From assembly GCA_945787325.1 (NCBI GenBank), contig CALZHP010000005.1:476-64475 (forward strand): DNA of 64,000 nt, given 5' to 3'. The number at the start of each line of letters is the position of its first letter. Position 1 is the first letter of the stretch. This document shows, one piece after another, positions 19,413 to 30,025 of the stretch. The translations under genes and the position numbers were made by a program. The notes beneath the pieces were generated by a model. That model did not search any database. It saw only the letters and a program-made list of their open reading frames with translations, and was not told the DNA's origin. Source of the stretch: an uncultured Desulfobulbaceae bacterium. GTDB taxonomy: Bacteria; Desulfobacterota; Desulfobulbia; Desulfobulbales; BM004.

Positions 19413-19817
19413 TTATTTTTTATTTTCAGAAATGAATTGTGAAAATTTTTCACAAAAATGCTCGTAACTCAAGGTGCGCGAAATACCAGGGCAGGATTCT
19501 TTAATTGCCTCAAAATTACTTTCATCATTCAGGATGCTTGGGTGCAAAGGCCACTGCGAACACCGCCAGGGTTTTCCTGAATGAATCGTGCATCCATTTT
19601 CAAAAAAGATACAATGGCCATCAATTGTTTTCATTTGTATAACTTTGCCAGTAATGCGCCAGTATTTATCTACAACTTCCTGCTTATGTAGTTTCAGGTA
19701 TCTCACCATTCTCTCAACGTCATTACTATCTAAAGACACTGTAGTTTCACCATGGCAGCAATAGCCGCATTGCTGACATTCAAACAATTCGCATTCTTCA
19801 ACCATGATTTGTTCCAA
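19413..19817 (-). CDS. YkgJ-family cysteine-cluster (putative Fe-S/zinc) protein
   Basis: The N-terminal FECQQCGYCCHGE CxxCxxCC motif and further C-terminal Cys residues are typical of UPF0153/YkgJ. Confidence 0.65.
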   Translation of the reverse strand: MEQIMVEECELFECQQCGYCCHGETTVSLDSNDVERMVRYLKLHKQEVVDKYWRITGKVIQMKTIDGHCIFFENGCTIHSGKPWRCSQWPLHPSILNDESNFEAIKESCPGISRTLSYEHFCEKFSQFISENKK

Positions 19818-19841
19818 TAGTAATTTACTGTTGTTATTTAG

Positions 19842-20732
19842 TTAACTTGGGAAAGATTTATCTGATAAAATAGGAGTGTAGATATAACCCAATGTGCGAT
19901 ATAATAATTTTGCTACAGAAAAGGCTGCATGAGGAGCACCTGAAGATGGTGCAAACTCGACAAAATCCATACCTACGATTTTGTTTGTACTAATTATTCT
20001 CTCAAGTATAGAACGGGCCATATCCCAGCTTAAACCGTCTGGCTCGGGGGTACCTGTTGCCGGCATAACAGAAGGATCGAGGCAATCTACATCAAAGGTA
20101 ATGTACACCGGCGCATCAAGTTCATCAAAAACTTCCTGCCAATCCAGATTTTCTCTTATTCTTTTTATGGTTATCGGTGACATACCTTTTTCGGTTATAA
20201 ATTTCCATTCTTCACTTGAAAATGAACGAATACCGACCTGTGTAAAAGGCACATCCATGTCATATATACGTCTCATAACGCAAGCATGGCTCAAAGTATT
20301 GTCCTCATATGTATGACGAAGATCAAGATGTGCATCGAATTGTACAACATGAAGATTGGGGTGTTCTCTTAGACATGCTTCAACAGCACCAATGGTTACT
20401 GTATGTTCACCGCCTATTATTACCGGGAGACGATCTCTTTTAATTTCGTTGTATACACTATCATAAATTAATTTACATGCATCCTGTGAAGAAAGACCGC
20501 TGAAGTCTAATGGCAGTAATGTGTCAAACCCGGCTCTGTACGTTTCAATCAATAATTCATCATCAAAAGCTTCAAGTACGGCTGAAGCTTTCACAATCTC
20601 TTCAGGACCGTTGTCGGTGCCTTTAATCCAGCTAACTGTATTGGCAAGTGGTGCAGGTATGAAAGAAACTCGTTTGGTTTGTACGTTGCTATTCAGTTCC
20701 GCATCATCAGGTATAAATTGAGGGTAATCCAT
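19842..20732 (-). CDS. speB: Agmatinase / arginase-family ureohydrolase
   Basis: Mn-binding motifs IIGGEHTVT, FDAHLDLR and FDVDCLDP. Length 296 aa. Confidence 0.8.
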   Translation of the reverse strand: MDYPQFIPDDAELNSNVQTKRVSFIPAPLANTVSWIKGTDNGPEEIVKASAVLEAFDDELLIETYRAGFDTLLPLDFSGLSSQDACKLIYDSVYNEIKRDRLPVIIGGEHTVTIGAVEACLREHPNLHVVQFDAHLDLRHTYEDNTLSHACVMRRIYDMDVPFTQVGIRSFSSEEWKFITEKGMSPITIKRIRENLDWQEVFDELDAPVYITFDVDCLDPSVMPATGTPEPDGLSWDMARSILERIISTNKIVGMDFVEFAPSSGAPHAAFSVAKLLYRTLGYIYTPILSDKSFPS

Positions 20733-20780
20733 TTGTTGATTTAGGGTTGTTACACTATTTTGTCAAATATAAAAGAATTA

Positions 20781-21335
20781 CTATGCTGATCCAATAACAT
20801 CGCCGAAAGTGGATATGTCGATGCCATATTTTTCTGCAGCTTTTTTCCATTTTAATTCATCAGGAGTATGGAATAAGACATCATCTTCAGCAGGCAAAGT
20901 AAGCCAGCCGTTAACTCCCAATTCATTTTCGAGCTGACCTGGAGACCAACCGGCATACCCAAGTAAAAAAAGATAATGCTGCGGTCCCCTGCCGACAGCT
21001 ATATCTTTTAGGATTTTTGGGTCACTGGATAAAGAAACCGTTTCGCTTACTTTCATACTATTTTGAGTGTCGTAATCAGAAGTATAAAGGATGAAAGCGC
21101 TTTCCATCTCAACAGGTCCTCCAAGGTAAACGGGAGGAAAAGATATTTCTTCGTCAACTTCAATATTAGCGCTTAATAAAACATCTGAAAGTGAAATATC
21201 AGTGATAGGATGGTTAACAATTACACCCATTGCACCATCTTCGTTGTGAGCACACATATATACGACACGCTCGCGAAAACGCGGATCTGGCATTTGAGAA
21301 GTTGATATTAGAAAATTGCCCTGAAGACTTTCCAT
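20781..21335 (-). CDS. YqgE/AlgH-family protein (UPF0301)
   Basis: FRERVVYMCAHNEDGAMGVIVNHP and GYAGWSPGQLENEL are characteristic of the family. Confidence 0.8.
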   Translation of the reverse strand: MESLQGNFLISTSQMPDPRFRERVVYMCAHNEDGAMGVIVNHPITDISLSDVLLSANIEVDEEISFPPVYLGGPVEMESAFILYTSDYDTQNSMKVSETVSLSSDPKILKDIAVGRGPQHYLFLLGYAGWSPGQLENELGVNGWLTLPAEDDVLFHTPDELKWKKAAEKYGIDISTFGDVIGSA

Positions 21336-21525
21336 TTTCCCAATAACAATAATAATTTAATTATGTTTTAAAAACTCTACACATAAACCATGTAAGTCAA
21401 ATAAATATGATTACATTTTACTTTACTATAGCATTGCATATAACATTGGCCATCATATTTTTATTATGATAGTATCTTGTTAGGACTAAATGTGAAAAAT
21501 ATAAAGGTGTTAGTTGGGTTTAAAT

Positions 21526-23760
21526 ATGAAAATAAATATTGAAACTGAAATCGCCAGATTGTTGGCGTCTGATCAGCACGACCCTTTTCAAGTTCTTGGA
21601 ATTCACTTCTTTAAACCAAGGAAAGGTTCAAAATCATCAGCACTTATCAGGACATTTCTTCCCCACGCAGACACCGTGCGACTCATAGTTGATGATAAAA
21701 AGCTGAAAGCTAAATACAACCATAAACATCTTTATAAAATGCGGGAAGACGGGCTATTTGAGATTGTAATTGATGATTGCTCGAGTCCTTTCAAATATCG
21801 TTTTGAAATAACGTATTACAACAAAAACGTTTATACCATTGACGACCCATATCAGTTTCTTCCTCAGCTTTCGGACATGGACCGTTTTCTTTTCAACAAT
21901 GGCACTCATTATGAGATGTATGATAAAATTGGTGCCCACTTAACAACATTAAATTCAATAGATGGAACGATGTTCAGGGTTTGGGCCCCATCAGCTCGCC
22001 GCGTTAGTGTCATTGGAAATTTTAATTCTTGGGACGGACGGGTTCACCAGATGAGGTCCCTTGAAAACTCTGGCATCTGGGAGCTTTTTATTCCTGGTAT
22101 TGGCAATGACGAAATATACAAATTCGAAATTCGAACTCAGGACATGAGCTTACTAGAAAAATCTGATCCAATGCAATTTTTTGGAGAGGTAAGACCAAGA
22201 ACTGCTTCAGTTGTCAGAGATATTTCAACTTATAAATGGCACGATAATGACTGGCTTGAAAAGCGGTCGAAATGCAAACCTTATGACAAGCCTGTTTCAA
22301 TCTATGAGGTACACCTTGGAACATGGCAGCGCGACCCCTCAGACCCGGAACGTCTCCTAACCTATAAAGAACTTGCAGACAAACTGATCCCTTATGTTCG
22401 CGATTTGGGGTTCACACATATTGAACTCATGCCGATTATGGAACACCCCCTGGATGAATCATGGGGGTATCAGGTTACTGGATATTACAGTGTAACCAGC
22501 AGATACGGCACTCCTGAAGAATTCATGCTTTTTGTTGACACATGCCATCAGAATAATATTGGCGTAATACTCGATTGGGTTCCGGCACATTTCCCATCAG
22601 ACGCTCATAGCTTGGCCCGGTTCGATGGGACAGCTTTATATGAACATGAGGATCCCCGCCAAGGAGCCCACCCTGAATGGGGTACCTTTATATTCAATTA
22701 CGGCAGGAAGGAAACCAGTAATTTTCTAATTGCCAATGCCCTCTTCTGGCTGGACAAATACCATATAGACGGTCTGCGTGTTGATGCAGTGGCATCCATG
22801 TTATATCTCGATTACTCCCGTGAAGAAGGAGAATGGATCCCAAACTGCTACGGTGGCAGGGAAAATCTGGAAGCAATAGAATTTATTAAACACTTGAACA
22901 GTATCATTTATGAGCGATTTCCAAACGTCATGATGGTTGCAGAAGAATCAACAAGTTTTTTTGGTGTTTCTAAACCTGCTGATCATGGTGGACTAGGTTT
23001 TGGATTTAAATGGAATATGGGATGGATGAACGATACCTTGAGTTACTTCAGTAAGGACCCGATATATCGTCGCTATCATCATAATGTTCTCACATTTTCT
23101 ATGCTATATGCATTTACAGAAAATTTCATATTACCAATGTCACATGATGAAGTTGTGCATGGCAAAAGATCACTGCTATCAAAAATGCCAGGTGACAGCT
23201 GGCAGCAGTTTGCCAATTTAAGACTTTTATACACATATATGTGGACGCATCCAGGCAAAAAGCTACTTTTTATGGGTAGCGAGTTTGGCCAGTGGTCAGA
23301 GTGGTATTGCAAAACCAGCTTGGATTGGCATTTATGCAACGCTGATGACAGGCATTCAAAATTACAGGATTTTGTTTCGGAGCTAAACCAGATGTATAAA
23401 GATAATCCTTCTCTTTGGGAAATAGATTTCAATTTTGAAGGTTTTAAGTGGATTGATTTCAATGATGTTGACGGTTCAATAATTGTTTATAGCAGGCACG
23501 CCAAAAACAATGGAGATCATCTTGTTTGTCTCATGAACTTCACGCCCCAGACTGTTTTTGACTATAAGGTAGGTGTTCCATCAAGTTCGAATTACAGAGA
23601 GATTTTCTGTTCTGATTATTCCAGATTCGGTGGCAGTGATTCCAGGAATCCTTTCCTGGGAGCACCAGTCAACGAACCACATGGAAATGCTCCCTGTCAT
23701 ATAAAAATTACCGTACCACCACTTGCTGGCGTAATCCTTAAACCTGAGGAAAACTTGTAA
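21526..23760 (+). CDS. glgB: 1,4-alpha-glucan branching enzyme
   Basis: GH13 motifs DWVPAHF, GLRVDAVASMLY, MVAEEST and SHDEVVHGK. The N-terminal CBM48-like region contains FRVWAP. I chose the ATG at 21526 rather than the TTG at 21514. Confidence 0.92.
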   Translation: MKINIETEIARLLASDQHDPFQVLGIHFFKPRKGSKSSALIRTFLPHADTVRLIVDDKKLKAKYNHKHLYKMREDGLFEIVIDDCSSPFKYRFEITYYNKNVYTIDDPYQFLPQLSDMDRFLFNNGTHYEMYDKIGAHLTTLNSIDGTMFRVWAPSARRVSVIGNFNSWDGRVHQMRSLENSGIWELFIPGIGNDEIYKFEIRTQDMSLLEKSDPMQFFGEVRPRTASVVRDISTYKWHDNDWLEKRSKCKPYDKPVSIYEVHLGTWQRDPSDPERLLTYKELADKLIPYVRDLGFTHIELMPIMEHPLDESWGYQVTGYYSVTSRYGTPEEFMLFVDTCHQNNIGVILDWVPAHFPSDAHSLARFDGTALYEHEDPRQGAHPEWGTFIFNYGRKETSNFLIANALFWLDKYHIDGLRVDAVASMLYLDYSREEGEWIPNCYGGRENLEAIEFIKHLNSIIYERFPNVMMVAEESTSFFGVSKPADHGGLGFGFKWNMGWMNDTLSYFSKDPIYRRYHHNVLTFSMLYAFTENFILPMSHDEVVHGKRSLLSKMPGDSWQQFANLRLLYTYMWTHPGKKLLFMGSEFGQWSEWYCKTSLDWHLCNADDRHSKLQDFVSELNQMYKDNPSLWEIDFNFEGFKWIDFNDVDGSIIVYSRHAKNNGDHLVCLMNFTPQTVFDYKVGVPSSSNYREIFCSDYSRFGGSDSRNPFLGAPVNEPHGNAPCHIKITVPPLAGVILKPEENL

Positions 23761-23964
23761 ATGTCAGATAGGGGCATCCAGCCTGAGGGCGAGAAAATTC
23801 GGAAAGCTGTACATTGGCTTTGTGAAGAGTTAAAATTACACCCGGAAAAGAGCCGCAAAAAGATCCTGGCTGAAGCAGAGTTGCGATTTGATCTCTCCCC
23901 ACTTGAATGTGATTTTATAAACAAAAAGTTAAGTGAAGAAATTAATAACAATAAAACAGGTTAA
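23761..23964 (+). CDS. Small hypothetical protein translationally abutting glgB
   Basis: 67-codon ORF whose ATG immediately follows the glgB TAA (taaATG). No recognisable motif. Its end overlaps the converging chemoreceptor gene by 4 nt. Confidence 0.35.
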   Translation: MSDRGIQPEGEKIRKAVHWLCEELKLHPEKSRKKILAEAELRFDLSPLECDFINKKLSEEINNNKTG

Positions 23965-26336
23965 TATTTGCCAAAATCCTCATCATCCAAAACTATTGTG
24001 TCTTTGCGGTAAATACCGGAAATTTCCTGATCTTCCTCCATACTTTTTTTAAGTAATTTACACTTATTATTTTTTTCATGATCTAATAAAGTTGGCTGGT
24101 CTGGCTGGTTTGAAACTGAATCATCGCTGACTTTATTCAGCTTAAATTTTGAAAGCATTTCTTCCAGCATCAAAGCCTGACCCGCTAACTGCTCTGAAGC
24201 GGATGCTGTCTCTTCGGAATTTGCTGTGTTTTCCTGAGTAACCTTGTCTATCTGTAAAATACCGTTACTTACTTCAGCAATACCAATTGACTGGTTTTCA
24301 GATGCTACAGCAATTTCAGCTACAATTTCGGATACATTGCTAATCCCTTCAACAATTTTTTCAAGTGAATAAGCAGACTTATCAGCTATTAATACTCCAT
24401 TTTGTGTTTTTTCAACTGTTTCTTCAATGAGATCAGCGATTTCCTTGGCAGCTTTTGAACTCCTGGCGGCAAGATTGCGAACTTCTTCCGCAACAACAGC
24501 AAAACCTTTTCCGTATTTACCGGCCCTGGCAGCTTCAACCGCGGCATTTAATGCAAGCAGATTCGTCTGAAAAGCAATTTCATCTATTACCTTGTTTATA
24601 TTGGATATATCCTGACCTGCCAAATTAATTTCATCCATGGCAACTATCATTTCTTTCATGTTAATATTACCATTTTTTGCTTCCTCTTTTGCTTCTTCAG
24701 ATATTTCTTTTGCCTTTTTCGCGTTTTCCGCATTCATATTTGTCTGCGACGTAAGCTCTGTCATTGACGACGATATTTCCTCCAGAGAACTTGCTGATTC
24801 AGTTGCTCCTTGGGCAAGAGACTGGCTCGCACGCGAAATCTGTTGTGCGCCAGTTGATATCTCGCTACCGGAGGTTTGAACGTTTGAAATGATCTGACTG
24901 AGACATTTCTGCATTTCCTGCAATGCCATTCCAAGCTTATCTTTATTGGATATGAGTTCTACAGTCATAGTCAGATCACCCTTGGCAATCTGCATAGCCA
25001 TTTTTCTTCTCATATCAAGTGAATTTGACAAACTGGCAATGATTGAACCGAGTTCATACAGCTCTGTTTTAGCACCATATAATTCACATGTTCTGCAATC
25101 CTCCCCTTTCTTAGCGCGAGGGCAATGTTTAACAGAGGCAAAGGAACCGCTGACAATCCAACAGTGATCAAGACAATTAAAGCTTGGACAATCACTATTT
25201 CCACATTTTTTTATATTTGAACAATCTACAGAATCTCCCACCGGTAATTTTGCATTATTATCACCATCAACAATATTTCTGATTACATCAATTGTATCGT
25301 TTAATGATGTTGTTATACTTCTATTTATAAAATAACCAGAAGTAAGAGCTATAAATCCGCCAAGAAACGCTATTATCGCGCTTAGCTTTTTAATTCTTTC
25401 AGCTTCAGATTTAACTGAGCGACTATATAAATTTGAATTAGCCGAGCTTAGTTCAGCTAAATTATTCAGTTGAGTCATACAGTCGTCAAAGGCTTTTTTT
25501 TCTTTTCCCAGTGCAATTTCAACTGCGGTATTAAATCTCTTATTATCATCGCGTACATTTTGAAGCACATCAGAAAAATAAAGCTCAATTTCTCTTAGTG
25601 ATGGAATAATCTTCGTGTCAAAAAGATCTCGAGCCTCTTTGGATTCGCCTGAAAACGTTAGAGTATTCAAGGCAATGATTCTATTTATGTCTTTGCCAAG
25701 TTCATGAAGATAGGTATGAGGAGTATCTATTTTTTTCAGTTTCTGATCAAATGCACTATCTCCGGATTGGAATGTGCTTTTCCATTTGCCGAAATTACAC
25801 AGGTTTGGATCAAGCTGTCCTGAAAATTCAATATTTTCAATAATAGCCCTGTCCAGACTTTCAACCCATTTGATATGGTCGATTTGCCTGGCAAGTAAAA
25901 TGGATTCAAGGGCGGCTATGTCATTAAATTTCACATCCGAAACAAGTTGTATAAGTTCCTTTTGAATTTCCTTCCATTTTTTTAAAGAATTTTGAAATCT
26001 TTCCCAAATTTCATTCTCATTCTCATGCCGGTCTACAGAATTATATATTTCATAACCTTCTTCAAAATCCTTCCATTGATTATCGATCGCACTTATCTCT
26101 TTTTTTCTTTGATCTGCTGTAAGACTGGATATTACCATCGTTCGTTCGTTTGACTTTATGGCATTTAATGATTTCATCATTAATCCCAATCCAAACGCAG
26201 AAGGCAAACGTTTTTCCGTCATAACATTCACTGATTTGCTTGCCGAACTTGATCCATACCATCCAAAAATACCTATTAAAATACATATAGCTGTTAAGAT
26301 AAAAAACGCGGATGCAAGCTTGACGGAAATTTTCAT
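23961..26336 (-). CDS. Methyl-accepting chemotaxis protein with extracytoplasmic CZB-type zinc-binding motif and Cys-rich insertion
   Basis: Two TM segments. C-terminal MCP signalling hairpin reads [38 protein letters not shown]. The start was moved to the ATG at 26336 because GGAGGAGGG lies upstream. See findings for the sensor motifs. Confidence 0.9.
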   Translation of the reverse strand: MKISVKLASAFFILTAICILIGIFGWYGSSSASKSVNVMTEKRLPSAFGLGLMMKSLNAIKSNERTMVISSLTADQRKKEISAIDNQWKDFEEGYEIYNSVDRHENENEIWERFQNSLKKWKEIQKELIQLVSDVKFNDIAALESILLARQIDHIKWVESLDRAIIENIEFSGQLDPNLCNFGKWKSTFQSGDSAFDQKLKKIDTPHTYLHELGKDINRIIALNTLTFSGESKEARDLFDTKIIPSLREIELYFSDVLQNVRDDNKRFNTAVEIALGKEKKAFDDCMTQLNNLAELSSANSNLYSRSVKSEAERIKKLSAIIAFLGGFIALTSGYFINRSITTSLNDTIDVIRNIVDGDNNAKLPVGDSVDCSNIKKCGNSDCPSFNCLDHCWIVSGSFASVKHCPRAKKGEDCRTCELYGAKTELYELGSIIASLSNSLDMRRKMAMQIAKGDLTMTVELISNKDKLGMALQEMQKCLSQIISNVQTSGSEISTGAQQISRASQSLAQGATESASSLEEISSSMTELTSQTNMNAENAKKAKEISEEAKEEAKNGNINMKEMIVAMDEINLAGQDISNINKVIDEIAFQTNLLALNAAVEAARAGKYGKGFAVVAEEVRNLAARSSKAAKEIADLIEETVEKTQNGVLIADKSAYSLEKIVEGISNVSEIVAEIAVASENQSIGIAEVSNGILQIDKVTQENTANSEETASASEQLAGQALMLEEMLSKFKLNKVSDDSVSNQPDQPTLLDHEKNNKCKLLKKSMEEDQEISGIYRKDTIVLDDEDFGKY

Positions 26337-26596
26337 AACCTTTCCCTCCTCCAAGAAAGTAATAAAATTACTTTAACATCATCAGTACAAGAAAATTACG
26401 CTTAAAATGATTTATATGTATGTTTTATCGTAATATTTACAACAGATTTTATGATATATTTTTTGAACAATTTCGACAAATTAGATTATTTTGTCGGCTA
26501 GGGATAAATGCTGGTTCCAATATACAGCAATAATTATAAGTCATTTTATACAATTAATTTGACAGGCAAACAAACCAAAACTTAACAAAAATATAT

Positions 26597-26626
26597 AATA
26601 GGGCTTCAGTCGATATGAAGCCCTAT
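26597..26626 (-). terminator. Rho-independent terminator after the TM-helix-repeat gene
   Basis: Stem aatagggcttca / tgaagccctatt with a 7-nt loop, followed on the minus strand by a T-rich tract. It lies about 20 nt downstream of the stop at 26648. Confidence 0.55.
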
Positions 26627-26647
26627 TATGTAATAATTATATAAAAT

Positions 26648-28447
26648 CTATTTCTTTTTCTTATTTCCCTGCCATTCATTGAGCATGGCAGCAGCATAAT
26701 CCCTGCCTCCGAGGCCGAATGACAGTGCTATTGCAATTGCGATTGCACCAAGCAACAAACCAAAGGCCATGTTAATGATCTGGCTGGCGATACCCATTTG
26801 ACCCAGTGCCATAGCACTAGCAAATATTATAATTGCAACTCTTGACGCCAAAGAAACAAAATCAGCACTTGGCAGGCTGCTTGATTTGATAGCTTTAGAG
26901 GCCATATTGGCAAGTAAAAGGCCAATCGCAAGAATGATCACTCCGGTGAGAACCTGGCTTGCAAATACTATAAATTGGGAAGTCAAATCTGAAAGTATTG
27001 AAAATCCCAGCAATTCAGAGGCTTCAATTGCCGCAAAAAGCATTATACCCGCAAGCACAAGCCCCCCAACGAAAGTTGAAGGCGTTTTGACTATTTCGGC
27101 ACCCTTCCCTTCCTGCGCATCAACATCACAAGACAAACCAAGTTTCTCCGGAACAGAGTTAAAACCCATTCCTGCCAACATTTCAGCGATAAGCCTGGAA
27201 ACAATCTTGCCCACGTAATAACCAACAGCCAAAATAACAACCGCAGTAAAAATTGCAGGTAAAGAAGATAAAACTATATTAAGCATGTTGCTTATGGGAG
27301 CTGTAACTGCGTCCAGATCAAGGATATCAAGTGCTGTTATCAGAATAGGTACAATAATAAAGAAATAAACCAATGATCCGATAACGCCAGAAATTTTTAG
27401 TGCATCCCCACCTACTTTTTCGCTTAAAGTATCGGCACCTGCACTTGAGGAAATATCTGTTATGAATTTTCGTGCCAATCCGGCAAGCAAAAATCCAACT
27501 ATGAGAACTACTGCCGCACTTAATATAGATGGGATTTTTTCAAGAACGAGGTTTAACATATTGCTGATTGGATCTGTTATCGAACCCATATCCAGAGTAT
27601 CTAGTGCGAGAGTAACACCGGGTATAAGTATAAGTATGTAGACAATTGCACCGCCTATCGCAGAGAGTTTCTGCTTTTCCATGCCAATTTTCTCACCAAA
27701 TGTATCTGTTCCAAGCGAAGCTAGGAGGACAGTGACAATTTGCCTGACAATTCTGGCAATTATCCAAAAAACAAGCAAAATTACTGCTGCGGCAAATATA
27801 TTTGGGATAAATGCCATGGTCTTATCAAGAAGCCCTTGGACAGGTTCCAGTATACCGCTTAGTGCAGTCGTAGATAATGCTCCCATTATCCCTGGTAAAA
27901 AGAGTATAAAAACAAAAGCGAAAACAATTGTTCCAACTGTCTTGCTGAATGGGAAAGTCTCTTCAGGTTCTTTATCAAATAATTGAGATATTTTCTCATC
28001 TGCCTGCATTGCAGATAGACCTTTTGTGACAAGTATACGTAAAACCGCCGCTAGGGCCCATGCAATAATCAACATTACTCCTGCTCCAATAATGTTTGGC
28101 ACAAAAGCGGCCAAAGGAGACAGAAGGTTTTGGATAGGTTCTGTAATTATTTTCAGGTCCAAGGCCTCAAAAAATGCGACAAGGACGAATAACATAATGA
28201 GGTAAAACAGGCCTGTGCTGAGACCATCCGCAAGTGTAGTATCCTTTTCGGGGTCTACCGTAGTTCCTGAAACCTTACTTAACTTTTCACTGACATGTAA
28301 TTTATTGATGAGGTGTTTGAGGGCGACGGACAAAGCTTTGGCAACCAGCCACCCTACTATGAGAATGATAAGGGCTCCAAGTACCTTAGGGAGATAGGCA
28401 CCAAAATTTTCTAATACCTTTTGCATCATTAGCTGTACGTTCTCCAT
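26648..28447 (-). CDS. Polytopic membrane protein made of repeated 'conserved TM helix' units (MscS-N-terminal-like)
   Basis: Six iterations of a (L/I)P-x-(I/V)-x-x-A-x-(V/I)-(I/L)-L-(I/V)-V-G-(W/F/Y)-x-x-A pattern, for example LPKVLGALIILIVGWLVAKAL and IPNIFAAAVILLVFWIIARIV. No MscS beta-domain was recognised. Confidence 0.6.
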   Translation of the reverse strand: MENVQLMMQKVLENFGAYLPKVLGALIILIVGWLVAKALSVALKHLINKLHVSEKLSKVSGTTVDPEKDTTLADGLSTGLFYLIMLFVLVAFFEALDLKIITEPIQNLLSPLAAFVPNIIGAGVMLIIAWALAAVLRILVTKGLSAMQADEKISQLFDKEPEETFPFSKTVGTIVFAFVFILFLPGIMGALSTTALSGILEPVQGLLDKTMAFIPNIFAAAVILLVFWIIARIVRQIVTVLLASLGTDTFGEKIGMEKQKLSAIGGAIVYILILIPGVTLALDTLDMGSITDPISNMLNLVLEKIPSILSAAVVLIVGFLLAGLARKFITDISSSAGADTLSEKVGGDALKISGVIGSLVYFFIIVPILITALDILDLDAVTAPISNMLNIVLSSLPAIFTAVVILAVGYYVGKIVSRLIAEMLAGMGFNSVPEKLGLSCDVDAQEGKGAEIVKTPSTFVGGLVLAGIMLFAAIEASELLGFSILSDLTSQFIVFASQVLTGVIILAIGLLLANMASKAIKSSSLPSADFVSLASRVAIIIFASAMALGQMGIASQIINMAFGLLLGAIAIAIALSFGLGGRDYAAAMLNEWQGNKKKK

Positions 28448-28799
28448 AGCTTTTCCTCCAAGAATAGTTTTTCAATTGAACCGCAGATAGTCTAATAGTG
28501 AGGCAATGCGATTCACATTATTATGTAGAAAAACAACGTTATTTGAAAGAGCTGAATAGTTAAGGAAAATAAATGATATTTTTTAGATATACAGAATTCT
28601 CTAATAACTTATTATTTTGCTGTCAAATTTTAATTATTTTTTTTAAAATATGGCTTGCTTTCCTGATGACAGAAATAATGAGATAAAAGTAGAGGGGTTT
28701 ATCTTTTATAAAGAAAGCAGATATGAATGAAATTCAATAAGAAAAAATAGGAATGAGGTTTGAGAGTTTTAGTTCAGGTGATTAGCTAATTTTATATTA

Positions 28800-29240
28800 T
28801 CAATTTGTTTCTTTTTCACTTCTAGGCATGGGAATTTTCAACAGATCGATGCCTTCTTTTTCTAAAACTTTCTCATCTTCTTCTGAAACAACACCTCTTA
28901 TGTTTCGAGGTTCAGTAAGTCCATAATGGATCTTAAGGGATTCCTCAGCCATTTTTGTCCCAACATCCTCAAAGTTTGAGATAACGAAATCCTGAACATC
29001 TTTTAATATTTTGTTAGCGTTATCAATATCTGGCTGATCACCACTTTGAGATTGAGAATTTGCTTCGAATTCTTTTCTGCTGGAAGTTCTTACTGGTGAT
29101 AATATTTTGCGTACTTCTGTGCTCCCACATTTGGGGCAATGAAGAGTTTTTAGGTCAACCTGGTCAGATAATTCTTTGTTGTCCTGAAACCATCCTTCAA
29201 AGACAAGTCCGCAATCGCATGCAAGATCAAAAACTATCAT
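28800..29240 (-). CDS. DUF1178-family zinc-ribbon protein
   Basis: MIVFDLACDCGLVFEGWFQDNKELSDQ...LHCPKCGS matches the DUF1178 N-terminal pattern. Confidence 0.7.
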   Translation of the reverse strand: MIVFDLACDCGLVFEGWFQDNKELSDQVDLKTLHCPKCGSTEVRKILSPVRTSSRKEFEANSQSQSGDQPDIDNANKILKDVQDFVISNFEDVGTKMAEESLKIHYGLTEPRNIRGVVSEEDEKVLEKEGIDLLKIPMPRSEKETN

Positions 29241-29278
29241 ATTGTTTTTTCAAAACATTTGTAATGTATTACAGGCAC

Positions 29279-29758
29279 CTATTGCCAGCTTACAATATCT
29301 TCGTCTTCACCTTCTCCACCGGGTTGGTTATCTTTTCCATAAGAATAAATATCAATTTCACCATGCTCTCCGGGATTTGAATAATTGTACGGTTTATCCC
29401 ATGGATCAAGAGGAACCTCTTTTTTCAGGTAGGGTCCGTCCCATTTTTCTATTCCTGGATCAGTAAATAGAGCATCAAGACCCTGGTTATTATCCGGGTA
29501 GTCTCCTACATCAAGTCGATAAGCATCCAGGGTTGTCATCAACATTTCAATTTGTGCTTTTGCAGTTCCTTTCCTTGCAGTTCCAAGTTTACCAAACATT
29601 TGTGGACCAACAAGACCTGCTATGAGTCCTAGAATTACCATGACAATTAGAAGCTCTATTAATGAAAATCCTTTTTCTGAAAAAAAGTTAATGTTTCGAG
29701 AGAACTTTAATTCCATTTCATTTAAGCAGTCACTTTTAATCATATTGTTTTGTTCCAT
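29279..29758 (-). CDS. gspG: Type II secretion major pseudopilin
   Basis: Prepilin motif KG|FSLIELLIVMVILGLIAGLV. GspG core reads KAQIEMLMTTLDAYRLDVGDYP...DPWDKPYNY...GKDNQPGGEGEDEDI. The true start is uncertain (possible at 29716). It is transcribed divergently from gspE. Confidence 0.85.
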   Translation of the reverse strand: MEQNNMIKSDCLNEMELKFSRNINFFSEKGFSLIELLIVMVILGLIAGLVGPQMFGKLGTARKGTAKAQIEMLMTTLDAYRLDVGDYPDNNQGLDALFTDPGIEKWDGPYLKKEVPLDPWDKPYNYSNPGEHGEIDIYSYGKDNQPGGEGEDEDIVSWQ

Positions 29759-30025
29759 TAATCTAGATTTATAATTTCATTTTAATATTCGTAAATTCAA
29801 CTAAGTTTCTGTTTATCAATGTAATACAAATAATACTAATAAACGAACAGCATCAGGTAAACATGAAAATTATTAAACTGAAAGATGTTAAATCGTTCAC
29901 CATTGACTGGGTATTACAATTCAATTATAATAATTAAGATTGTAATTGAATAATTTTATTACAAAAAAAAGAAACATTCTTATAGATTTGTCTAATAAGC
30001 CTAATAAAATCCTAAGGATAAAAAT

